NCBI GenBank assembly: GCA_946965045.2
Contig: OX337234.1
Span: forward strand, 62,001 to 126,000
Source of the DNA: Epithemia pelagica
Taxonomy: Eukaryota; Protista; Bacillariophyta
Length of the DNA stretch: 64,000 nt
Direction: 5' to 3'
Below, piece after piece: positions 10,282 through 21,690 of the stretch (its first letter is position 1; each line of letters starts with the position of its first letter). The notes under the pieces are model-generated. The model was not told the DNA's origin, did no database searches, and worked only from the letters and a program-made list of their open reading frames with translations. The translations under genes were made by a program, and so were the position numbers.

Positions 10282-10447
10282 TAGTCCATTTCAACTCCGA
10301 TCCAACCATTGCACATCTATTGGACAACTCTTGGTATACTTGTTTGCAGAGATTCGGTCTGTGAGACCACAGTCCCGCTTTCATTCGTGTTTCGGACCGT
10401 TGCACACGTTTGGAGAGTGCAGGTTTGCACAAGAGACACGACTTGCA

Positions 10448-12313
10448 ATGGATTCATTCCTCTCTCATAAAAATCAATTCGTTGGACGAACAACTTGCGC
10501 ACACCATCCACACCATTGGATATTTTCCCCCAACATAAGAATGTGGGATCCTCCTCATTTCTCTACTCGACATCGAGGGACACAGGCGGACAATGGTCAA
10601 GGCGGACCGAGAAATAGTAATCCTACACGGCAACCTTTTGGATTTGGAGCAACAGGACGACAACCAGAGCACCAAGAATCGAACCAGTTGTCATGGTCGA
10701 TGCTGCCACCAAAACAACAAGACTCTGCATTCTCATCGGCAACGGTGTTGGATGATCCTTTCCATTTTAAAGCCCCACAGTCGTCGTTTGCATATCGAGC
10801 GCCAGCACAGTCACAGCAGCAGACTTTCTCCGATTATGGACCCAAACCAGCCATGTTTGGATCGTGTTCCACTCGACCGCATCTTTCCACAAACACAAAC
10901 ACCCGGGCAAATCGGATGACGACCAGTCCTTTTTCCAAAGACCAGCACCGGAACGTCTTTTGTTTGAGCTCCAGAACTCCTTTCGACGGTACGTCCACAA
11001 CAGAGTCATTGTCGTCGTCGTCGTCGTCAAATCCCTTTTCCTCCAATACTCGTACTGGTAGTACCCTCCCCTTTGTTTTTGGGCTACCGGAACATGCCAA
11101 ACCTACGACTGATGTGACCACGTCCTCCTCCTCCGGGCACAAATATGTTGGGGGCATGAACCAGCCGTACAACAACACAGCCCCCGTTTTTAGTTCAAAC
11201 AACATAAACTCAACTGACACTACCAGAATGACAGAGACCTTTGGTCCGTGGGGGGCGCATGGTTTGGTTTCCAAGAATAATCCTGCAACAAAGACATTTT
11301 CTCCCATGAATAGTGGTTATTTTCATGATGGCAACCAACCAACCGACATAACCACCAACACGACAACCACGGGGATGTTTCCGCAGACCGGTTGCCACGA
11401 CGAAACCAATGGAGGATTCCCAGCAAGCAAGTCGTCGTCGTCGTTGTCTGTTTTGCACCAACAGCCCGAACAAGCACAACAACAATCAACCGCATGGAGC
11501 GGTGTTGACGGCTGGAGAACAAATCCAGATCATTGGAATCGTTCTGGTTTTTGCGGGTACCAAACGACGAACAATTCTTGTCAAACCGGTGAGTGCACGT
11601 CATCCTTTCGGTACTCGTCTGGTCGTCTTGGTGGTTGGGAACCATTACCCCCTACGTTTGTGGGAAAGACTACACCGTTTGCTGAGGCCGATACGATAGT
11701 TTCCTCCGCCCCAAACTCAACAAGAACCTCGTTGTTCCCCACGACCACAACCATGCTGGGAAACAACAAGGAAACTAACAACAATGCTGTTGACGACTCC
11801 ACCATCAAGTCATTGTGGACAAGCTGGAGAGGACCACAGAGTCGTGCGATTCCTGCTCCTACCACTACGAACAACACCCATGAGGTTGGTGCCACCACAA
11901 TGCCTGACTCGACGACGACGACCCCCGTATGTTGGGACTGGTCGACAACCGCACCCCCATCCGCATTCGTCACAACGACGACATCCTCTCCAGCATCGCC
12001 CAGCAGCAGCTGGAGCCAGAAGCCTGGCGTTGGGGTTGCAACGACAACAACCACAACCCCACGGCCCGTAACTCCTGTTGTGGTTTCTTCCGTTCTTGCG
12101 ACTCCCGAATTGCCGCAGCAAGTCAATGACCGTGGCATTCGTGCTTTATTGCAATGCAAACAAGAAATGGAAGCCTCTCCGGTAGGCCAATCCATTCACA
12201 ACAACAAAGGGGCTACAACAAATCGACAGAGCAGTTGTTATAGTCTCCTTGAACCGTCGTCGTCGTCCTTGGTACGAACGACTCGTCGCATTCGGCCCCG
12301 TGGCTTTTCTTGA
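10448..12313 (+). CDS. Hypothetical Ser/Thr/Asn-rich, probably disordered protein (621 aa)
   Basis: Open frame of about 2 kb with first ATG at 10448. No recognisable domain; scattered FxFG/PFxF motifs. Confidence 0.5.
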   Translation: MDSFLSHKNQFVGRTTCAHHPHHWIFSPNIRMWDPPHFSTRHRGTQADNGQGGPRNSNPTRQPFGFGATGRQPEHQESNQLSWSMLPPKQQDSAFSSATVLDDPFHFKAPQSSFAYRAPAQSQQQTFSDYGPKPAMFGSCSTRPHLSTNTNTRANRMTTSPFSKDQHRNVFCLSSRTPFDGTSTTESLSSSSSSNPFSSNTRTGSTLPFVFGLPEHAKPTTDVTTSSSSGHKYVGGMNQPYNNTAPVFSSNNINSTDTTRMTETFGPWGAHGLVSKNNPATKTFSPMNSGYFHDGNQPTDITTNTTTTGMFPQTGCHDETNGGFPASKSSSSLSVLHQQPEQAQQQSTAWSGVDGWRTNPDHWNRSGFCGYQTTNNSCQTGECTSSFRYSSGRLGGWEPLPPTFVGKTTPFAEADTIVSSAPNSTRTSLFPTTTTMLGNNKETNNNAVDDSTIKSLWTSWRGPQSRAIPAPTTTNNTHEVGATTMPDSTTTTPVCWDWSTTAPPSAFVTTTTSSPASPSSSWSQKPGVGVATTTTTTPRPVTPVVVSSVLATPELPQQVNDRGIRALLQCKQEMEASPVGQSIHNNKGATTNRQSSCYSLLEPSSSSLVRTTRRIRPRGFS

Positions 12314-12693
12314 AGCAAAACATATCATACAGAACAGTTTCCTACATTGGAACGTACAGAATCTCCTCAAAATGAAAAGAGAGTCATAGAATCAACTGAA
12401 CTTTCCACAGTTTCACAGTATCATAAAACCCAAGAGTCTTTTCTATATATCTGTTGTTAAATTTCTTTCATGTATGCACGTACGGAGGGTCGTAACTTGT
12501 CGCAAGATGGTTCCTCCTCTTCAATGTCACGGTTCTGTTGGACAGTACGCAAAAAGTCTTTGCCTTATTCACAGTAACATGACGGATTTGTTGGATGGAA
12601 TAGAGACAATATGCGACTAGACGATTTGCTTTTCTTGTTGGAACTGACTGTTGTGCCAATTTTGTCCCCCTCTTTTGTTTATAGATTGCTGTT

Positions 12694-15600
12694 TCACCCC
12701 AAGTCGTTTTGACAGCAGGGCGTGGCGCCTCCACCCGCTTCGGCCAAACGAAGGAATGGATCCGTCATGGTCCCGGTACTTCCACTTTCGGTCCGGGAGG
12801 ACACGCCGGATATTTGATCGTCCGGATCACCACCATCATGTCCCACCATGCCATCTTCACATGACGAAGCTGTCAAGGCACCCGTTTCATCGGGATATTC
12901 GATATGGACGGCATAGAACCGATCACTGGTACAACTACTAATCGTACCATCGTGGTCCGCCTGTGCCTGTTGTTGTTGATGGTGTTCTTGCTGCAACTTG
13001 CGTCGTTTGATAAAATCTTGCAAATCCAACTGTTCGGGATGTTGCGGATGTCGTGGAGGAGGTGGATGATGACGATGATCCCAGTCATGCGCAGAATGAT
13101 GGGGAGGACCCAAGTCGTCGCTCGAACCAGCAGCCGCATGCGCTGGTTTGGCGTCCTGGTCGTCGTCCTCGCCATGATGTCGTCGTTGGGACGCTGGTTC
13201 TTTGCAACTCTCGTGTGGCGTGGGAAAGGGGTGAACCCTCGTAGGCGCACCGTAGTGCTGCTGCTTCGTGACAAGTGCGGGTGGAGAGGATCGTTCTCCA
13301 CCGTGATTGTAGTTCGATCGTGTCGATGATTTGGGTCGCAAGGTAAAGACTTCTTTGCAGTTAAAGACCAAATGGCCAGCCACCAGTCCCAAAATACTCG
13401 ACACAAAGCTGCAAGTATAAATGGACCAGAAAAGAAACAACAAGTGAGCCAAACCATCAATGCCATCGTCCATTGCAAACCCAGGGAGTATCAAGTTACT
13501 TACAGGAGCCCATTATAGGTCATAATGACCAACATGAGTAGATACCCCATGATTAATTGAATGGCATAGAGGGAGGCCACAATGGCCACCCGAAGTCCCG
13601 GACGATAGGGTGGGGGACGCGTTCCAAAGGGGGTCCGGGTTGTCGTGGCAGCCGCGGCCGCCGCGGCGGCCATGGCACGGACGGTATGTCGTCGGGCTTG
13701 CAAAATCCATTCCAAGCCGGCACCCAAGGCAAAGGTGGCCAAACAGGCGACACTAAACTTGAAGCGATTGGTCAAAATCCATTGCGGAAATAGAAAAATG
13801 ACACAGGTCGATCGCATCCAGGCAAAGCCAGCCATGTACATGGAGGTACCACCAAAACAAAACTTGTTGTCATCCGCCTCTTCATTCTCCAAAATCCACG
13901 CATTATCTGCGTCGTCTGGTTCTCCTCCATCGCTCGTCGTCGAGGAATCTTGAATGTGCAACGAAGGTTGCTGCTGCTGCTGCAAGTCATAGGCGGGCAC
14001 GGTTGCACTCGTTTTGGCCCATTTGCCCATGCATTCGGGATTGTTGACCAAGCCATCTTGACAGGGCTCGACGGCGGCGGCCACGTCATGACCGGATTGG
14101 ACATAAATGTGCGGGTCCATACAATACAAGGAATAACCCTGTTTGAGATAGGACCGTCGCTGTCGATAATGGGGAATATCCAAACAGGACATCCAACAAA
14201 AGAAATTGGTTTCATTGTTACACGCCTGGCCATTCAAGACTTGCATTAGGCGACGACGACCATGCGCGTGGTGCGCACGGGTATCCGTCGTAAGTGAGGA
14301 ATCGTCCTCCTCTTCCAGAATCAAGGACTCGAATGGTTCCGTTTCCCATTCGACGGCACGACTTCCACATCCCAACGAAACAAAGTCATCCCTCTTGTGT
14401 TCGTCGTCGTCCAGTACTAATTGCGCTGCCGAGGATGGTGTGTTCGTGGTCAAGGGCGTGGCATGGAGTGCCATTTGTTCTCGCAATTGGGCATAGGTTC
14501 GTTCCTCGGGATGCTCTTGTACAATGGCGTGATCCGGAACCATGGTCACTATATAGAGTATAACATAATAGAATGAGATGGAACCCAAGAGAATCCAGAA
14601 AACAACAACAACAACAAAAAGCAGCGAGACATTCCGAAAAAAAAACACAAGTCAACTCAACACGAACGCAGCGCGACAACAAGAGTCCATCGAGATGCGC
14701 CAGACGGTTGCCCCATCCACCCTCCAAGAGTACAAAATACACACGCTCACACACTCCATCCACACAACACTGGCAGACGCACAAAAACGTTCACACAAGG
14801 TGTGGTATAGAATAATACGTACTCATGCCATACCAGGTTCGCACTTGACCGGGTTGCAATCGCACCGCATGACGTGCCGCTTTCAACCACGACGACGACG
14901 ACAATGATGAAGCATCATTCTGATGATGAGAATGATCTTGCTCTGGTTGTTCCAAGGATGGTAGATGCAACCATTCTTGCGCGCCCAGACCCATGGCCAA
15001 GACAATGGAATTGGGTGGAAATCGGACGGGTCGTGCTTCTTCTTCTTCTTCTGGTTGAGAGATTGTACCATTTTGGGAGCGCATGGAAATCCAAAAGGAG
15101 GGTGTCGTGTCGTCGTGACCCTCTGTATCGTTGCTACTACAAATGCGGGCCGGAACAAAGGTCAAGAACAAACCAGCATCGACATGCCAATCCAAGGTCC
15201 AGGGAGGAGAAGAAGAAGAAGAAGAATATTGGGAGTCCTGGAATGTGCCTGTTGTTGTGGTGGTTGTTTGGAAACCACTGGTACCAGGAGTGGTCGTAGT
15301 ATTCCTCCTCGGCCCAGGACTCCTTCTTCTTTTGGGAGTTGTTGTTGGTGGTGCATCTTGTTGTGGTTGTTGCGGTGCGTCTTGTTCCTGTTGATGTGCT
15401 TGTGATTTGAGGGATGGCGATTCGTACAGGTGAAAATGTTCCAAATGCAGCGCCGCTTCTTGAATCGACGACAGGGTCGCATACCCTCCGCCATGTCCAT
15501 GTTTTAACACCCACGACGGGTCGTTTGGTGCTTGTCGTTGTTGTGCTTGTCGTGATTGTGATTCTTGTTGTTGTGGTAAAATCCAGTGTTGATCCATGGC

Positions 15601-16466
15601 TTGGACAAAGGTTTGAGTGACCCAGGCCACATCGTCGCGCAAGGCTTCCATGGCCTCGAGTGTCACAGCATCACAAGCCTGTTGGATTCGATTGGGTTTG
15701 TCCTCGTCGTCTTGTGGTTTGGAAAAAGACGACGACGACTGTGTCAAGGGCAAGGGTTGATTCGTTCCCGCCGTGGCAATGCCCACTGTCGTACGTCGGG
15801 TGCGACCATCCGGCAAGACCACGTGATCCACCACGGCACCACCAGCACCATCATTGTGGTTGTGGTTGGACGAGGACGAGTGTCTTGCTCCATTGGCCGA
15901 TTGTTCTTGTTCTTGTCGTTTCAAGCCCTGCCGACACTGACACAATCCATTCAAGGCTGTCCTGCGATGCTGGGCATAGGAATCAGCATTGCCATTCTGT
16001 GCTTGTGGCATGGCAATGGCCACCAAGCCCGTCGTGGACAAGGCTTCGTGCAGGGTCTTCCACACTGCCTCATCCTCTTGCTCTTGTTGTGGTTGTGCTG
16101 GTGCTTGGTGGTTTCTCCCCCGTTGTGGCAATGGCTGTGCCAACCGTGTCAAATCCTCCATGGCAATGGTGGGAACGGTATAATACTGAAACTCATGATT
16201 CTCATTGTCGTTGTCGTGAGGTGGTTGTGGTGGTTGCAAATTGTGCAACGGCACACGGCTGTTGCTGGAGGCAGCCTGTACCGCAAGGGGCAATGGTACG
16301 GCTGTCAGGTTCCACAAGAGGGCCGCCCAAACAAGGAGAATCGACCCCAAAAAGTTGTTGCTGGTGCTGTGAACATGAGCCATGTTTCGTTGGGAACGGG
16401 TCCTCCTCCTGGTTCGCAAAACAGTGTGGAGAAGAAGAAGTTCTTGTCGTGGTTGTGGTGGCCTGG

Positions 16467-16501
<35 letters not shown>

Positions 16502-16662
16502 CGTAACGTTGTGGTGGGTGGTAGTACGTGGCTCTCATTGTTTCTCTCATCCTCGTGTGGTGGTTGCTCTTGTGGCTCTTGTGGTTGCATGGTTGTGGTT
16601 GCTGCTGCTGTTGGTCGCCGTGGTCGCTTTCCAATCCCCAAACGAGCATTCGATAGTGTCAT
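12694..16662 (-). CDS. Copy A: IPNS-like 2OG-Fe(II) oxygenase / Cys-rich / Ctr copper transporter fusion
   Basis: Exons 16662 (or ATG 16383)-14823, 14548-13504, 13408-12694. GT-AG introns 14549-14822 and 13409-13503; spliced length is divisible by 3. Motifs HLEHFHLY, WHVDAGLFLTFVP, AARHAV, FFCWMSC, GGTSMYMAGF, MLVIMTYN, GLVAG, C-terminal ATPCC. Confidence 0.88.
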
Positions 16663-17520
16663 TCTTCTTCTTCTTCTTTTTTTCGTTTCACTCGGTTGTT
16701 GTTGGTGGTTGCTTTGTTGGCATGGACCCCACAACAAAACGACCAATCCTCTCTCTCTCTCTTGACTCTAGAAAAAAAAAACAAGCCACTCTCAATTCAT
16801 TCCGTGTGTGTATCGAGAGAGAGAGAGAGTGCAATTGCCTCTTCTTGTTCTCGAATGGTGTCTCTGACGTACGTTTGTTGGAATGTTCGTTGGTGTGTGA
16901 TGGGTGTGATGATGAGTGTTCTTTGGGATGGATGATGGAATGGGAAGCTCTCTACCTAGCTAGCTAGAATGGCATGTGATGCAATGTGATGGGGATTCTG
17001 AGTTCCAGTTCCAAAAATGAGAACACCTCCTCCTCCTTCTCAATAGAGCAACGCGTTCCCAATGACCACAAAGATTCGAATACTGTGATGGGTGATGGGT
17101 GTGATGGGTGATGGGTGATGGATGCGTTTGATGGATCGATGGAACGAAAAACAGTGCGAACCACCAGCCGGTGCGGCAGAAAAAGTCTACAGAGAGGCCT
17201 TATACACACATCACGGACCTTCCCAAAAAGACCACGGCGCCCCATCACGCGTGTGTTCTCCACGCACCTCGCGAAGCGCAAAGAGCGACGACCCAAAGAC
17301 ACTCCACCATCACACACATCAAGCGTGGGAAGCAGCTGCTGCTGCCGAGCGGATGACAGACAGACGGATCGTTCCGATCGGAACTCCATCGCGAACCTGG
17401 GACAAGCGGTATGTCGCAAGACCTTCGCACGACATTTCCACACCTCTACGCGCGTGGCGGGCCGCTGGCCATCACAAAACGATCGATCCAACCAGACCAA
17501 CCAAAGATAGCGACTAGCTA

Positions 17521-17777
17521 GTGTCTAGTCTACCGCTGTCCTCATGGTGAGGACAAGTATACCCCAGTACATTTTCCTACGCAACGGAAAATCACTCAAT
17601 TTTCAAAGTGGTTTTCAAGGCTTGGGGTAAAAATTCTCTACAGGAAATCGAATATGAGGAATTTTTTGATATGTTCAGTGGACGAATCGGCCAAACTTTT
17701 TATAGAAAAAATTTATGTTCCAGATTTGAATTTCTGGTAGGCTTTCTACGTAGGGTACCCGGAGGTAGACTAGACAC
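17521..17777. mobile_element. Candidate MITE (257 bp), 14-bp TIR GTGTCTAGTCTACC flanked by TA
   Basis: 17518-17534 ctagtgtctagtctacc is the exact reverse complement of 17764-17780 ggtagactagacactag. The interior is AT-rich and non-coding. The empty site would be CTAG with TA duplicated. Confidence 0.5.
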
Positions 17778-18250
17778 TAGAGACACCCCGTATACCGTAT
17801 ATTCCTACCTACCTAGAGGTAGGTCGAGAAGCAAACAGAAATGAAACCATCCATTTGTATTAGGTTCAAGTCCTCAGACTTGCAGCAGCAGCAGCAGCAG
17901 CAGAAGTGGTTCCGATTGTTTGGAGGAACGGAACCACACAACAATCAGTTGGTCGAATGTGCATATGTGGTTGGTCTCTTTTGTTTGTGGCGCGGATTCG
18001 TGCTCGTGTGTTGCACGAGGCAACCAGTCCCACCAAAATGACAACAAACAACGTCGTCGACACTGGCGACAAGGGAAAGTACTACCGAGAGGGTGGGTCG
18101 TACTCCCATCCTGGAGAGTCAGTGTTTCTCTCCACGGGATGATGGTGTTCATTTCTCGTAGACAAGGGTTCTCCCCCCACACACCCTAAACCTCTCACAC
18201 TCAACCCCCCTCTCCATTCCAGTGGTTTCGTTTCGTGCTTTGTGTTTTGG

Positions 18251-20219
18251 TTAAATCCAATCGCCTTGTTGTAGTTTTTGGGGCAAGTAGGTTTCGGTAA
18301 TGTATTGAAAGCCAAACGAGCTCAAGGCTTGGATTTCCGCCTTTTTCTTGGTCTTGATCTAGAAAAGAGTATAGTAGTAGCACAAGGAGAAAATACAATC
18401 CAATCCAATCCGATCCAACGAGACAAGCAACACACGTGAGAGAGAATCCTCCAAGACACACATACACACAGCTATGTATAGAAACGTACCATGAGTTCCA
18501 GTTCGGGAATCCATTCGGGATGATTCGTCTTGATAAAGTCTTCGTTGATCAATTCCTTGCCCGTTTTTAAATCGTGTTCCGTCATGTCCAATTGACATTG
18601 GTCCGGCAATTGATACTTGCGCAAATCGGTCGGCCTTAGGCCCAACCAATAAATGTCGGGCGTGGTCAAACTGGCACTGTCATACGACATGTTTTTACTT
18701 CCCGACATGTAGACGGACAAAATTTTGAGTCCGTACGGATCACTGTCCACCAAGCCCAATACCGGAATTTGCAACGTGGCCTTGAGTCGACTCAAAAACA
18801 AGCGCGTCGCCACATCGGGTTGACCCTTGGCGGTAATCAAAATACAGGGATAGCGCAAATAGAAGCGATCTTCGGCCAAGCGCAAATAGGCCGCTTCCTT
18901 TTCCACGAGCAAAATAAATTCGGCCGCCGGGGTCTCGGCATTGGCCGGACTGACTATGTCTTGCACCCGATCGACAAAGGGCGGAATGGCCTTGCCGGAC
19001 ACGCCCATTTTGGTACAATCCAAGACATCGCCATCTTCGGTAAAGGACAGGCAGCCCACGACCAAGCCCTTGTCGGATGCCACCACGTGCAAATTGCTCC
19101 GCGTACAATTCAATAGAGTGGCGACATCGTCCAAAATGGGATCCGATTCCGATTGATCCCGAAACAATTTGACATCGGTATAAAACAAATCGCGTTTGGT
19201 AATGTGAATGCCCTTTTGGAGACTGTAGAATATATATATAGAGAGAATAGAATAGAGGCACCAAGCAATCATAGAGGAAACACGCACACAAAAGACAACC
19301 AACCAACAAAACAGAGTCAGTCTTCCAAAGCACAGACACATACGGATACACACGCACATTCACTCCAACCGTCACCGCACTGGGAATGGCCCACACTCTT
19401 GACCAACCATCTAAAAAATCTCTCCCATTCTCGTTCTTTCTCCTCCACAGACACAACCACAAACACTAGAGTATATACGTACACGGCTTGGACCAATTCC
19501 AAGACACGGAGCGTCAAGGCGGTTTTGCGACATTCCTTGACATTGGTAAATTGTCGACGAATGCGTTTGGATCCCAACACAATGCGATCCCATTCGGCCA
19601 CATAGACTTGATTGGACGCGGCTCGACTGGGAATTTCCAACACCAAGTTGGTATTGGAATCATTGTTGGTGTTGTCGCCCTTTAACAATTGCTGCACGAG
19701 ATTAATCGCCACGGCATGCAAGCCCTCCAAGACTTGATCGGCTGACAATTCCGATACGGCCACAATCGATGACGAATTGGCAGCAGTCGTCAAAGCAGAA
19801 GACGACACAGTGGCCTCTGGTTCGGCAGTGGCATTGTCTGGTGGAGGTACCTTGGCAGTGGATGGTGGTGGTGCCTTTTTCGTGTTCGTTTTGTTCTTGT
19901 TGGTTTGACGCATGGTTTGTTTCAGTTTGCGACATTTGGACAAGACACGATCCACGTCGGAAGCAATCGAAGGGACAGGTCGACGGCGACTGTTGGTCTT
20001 GGTTGGTTGGTTGCTGTTGCTAGTAGTAGTGGCGGTGGAACGACGGGGACGTCGAATCATTCTCGTAGTAGTAGCAGGATTGTTGTTGTTGTCGTCGTCC
20101 TGGGTCGTTGTGGTTGCGGCTGCCAGTGAGTTGCGTTTGCGAGGAGACGAGGCTCGAGGTTTTCCATCCTCCTCTTCCATGTTGTCGTCGTTGTTATAGT
20201 TGTCGTCCGTGGTTGGCAT
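18251..20219 (-). CDS. SPO11-3: DNA topoisomerase VI subunit A / SPO11-3
   Basis: Exons 20219-19483, 19222-18490, 18358-18251 with GT-AG introns 19223-19482 and 18359-18489. [16 protein letters not shown] (catalytic Tyr), Toprim VEKEA and [16 protein letters not shown]-terminus [14 protein letters not shown]...GDWI. These match the plant SPO11-3/TOP6A type. Confidence 0.93.
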
Positions 20220-21690
20220 CTCTTGCGTTTATCTCTTTCTCTCTCGCTTCGTCGTGTCGTTTTTTGTCGTCGTCTCTGTTGTCGAAAAAAAATGACACCC
20301 CAATGGCAGGGCGCAACAAAAAAGGAGGGAGACGGTGTACATCACCCCCAAAGAGTGAGATGTGATTAGAAATCTCGGGGGCTCCAAGCTACCTATGCTA
20401 CGTATGTCTAGTGCAAAAGTGTCGCTGCCGACCGTAGTATCCCCTGCGGGATTCCCTCGAGAGAGAAACCAAAAGAGGTTCGAAAAGAGTGAACAACAAA
20501 CAGAACAACGGTGTATACATTCCATAATGACAATTTCCTGCAACACACACACAAGATCGTTTCTCACTCTCTATAGAGAGTCTCTAGAGAGACACTATAT
20601 CTGGCTATTTTTTCCTGGGTGTGTCTTGTGGCGTCCTTGGCTCCTCGTCGTCGTTGGAAGAGATTTTTTGTGAGACAGAAACGGCACTGATTGCATGACA
20701 CTGTTTTTTCCCTCATGCCAAAACGACCACAACTACTAGTAGTCCATGGAGGAGAATTTACACTGTTGTTGCCTTCTCTGGCGTTGGTCCCTGCTGGTGA
20801 TTTTTCTACCAGCAGCACAGTCTCTTCACTCCAACAGAATCCGTTGGAACAACACAGAAAATATAGGCAATCTATTATGATTAGTAGTAGTATTTGTAGC
20901 GTGTTGTGGTCCACAATGGGAATCACATGAAAGAGATGAGGGCGTCGGTTGAATGCCGTGCTCCGGTGTTTGTGGTCCCGGCGTTCGAGATTGCGCACCA
21001 CCCCAGAAATCACGTAGTAGAACAATCTCCTGGACCTGCACGCAAATCAAACTGCTCGTCTATACTCCTCTATAGGAAGCCAGGCGGCCCTTGGCTTTTT
21101 CTGTCCTCTCGTGGCTCGTCTGCCGTTTACAAAACAAAAGAACACCATTGACCACCCAATTGTTGTTTGTCCACTTGTTCCCAAACGCATCGCCGACAGA
21201 GTCCCACAAACTCCCTCCCAAATGGGAAAGCAAAGCATTCGGACTTCACCGAGCCGCGAGGACCCTTTCCCAACCCCTACCCCAAGAACTTCTCCATCAA
21301 CCCACATCCGAGCTCGAAACCAAACCACTGTCCAGCCCAAACTGGGTCCCCATTCCGGATGTGTATATATGTTTTTGCAGACCTTGGCGCTCAGACACTC
21401 CATCACATCACCGGCTGTTCAACACACAACGTCCAGAACCACAAATGGCTGCACTGGACAACGCCCTGCCCCTACAACGACGGTAATGTACCCACGCCGC
21501 CCTGTTTAACACTACGGACGCTTGAATACCACCCTATTCTAGAGAAAACAACTCCAAAAATATCTACCAAGCTCCTTTCGCCGTGACTTCCTTCTCTTCT
21601 AAAAAAAGAATGAAACGCAAGCCAATGTCGACACGAAGTCGAACCATCCTAATTCCCGTCAAGTGACCACAGCACTCATGATCTGTCATC

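Noticed and set aside
14549-14822. Intron 1 as an exon-shuffling boundary between the oxygenase and Ctr modules
   Set aside because: The oxygenase-like motif continues across the junction (RxWYGM|MTMVPD), so the intron lies within the domain rather than at its edge.
15586-16967. Long antisense or alternative-frame ORFs over the Ctr-fusion genes, TPK and the cyclase (e.g. 15660-16967, 26771-27982, 53765-54898)
   Set aside because: They are shadows of real coding frames; the CAA/ACA-rich sequence lacks stops in other frames and there are no recognisable motifs.
18251-20219. Meiotic SPO11-1/SPO11-2
   Set aside because: The [16 protein letters not shown] and [11 protein letters not shown] signatures match the SPO11-3/TOP6A clade.
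20229-21586. Several 70-150-aa ORFs between SPO11-3 and the PPR gene
   Set aside because: No motifs and no consistent exon structure.
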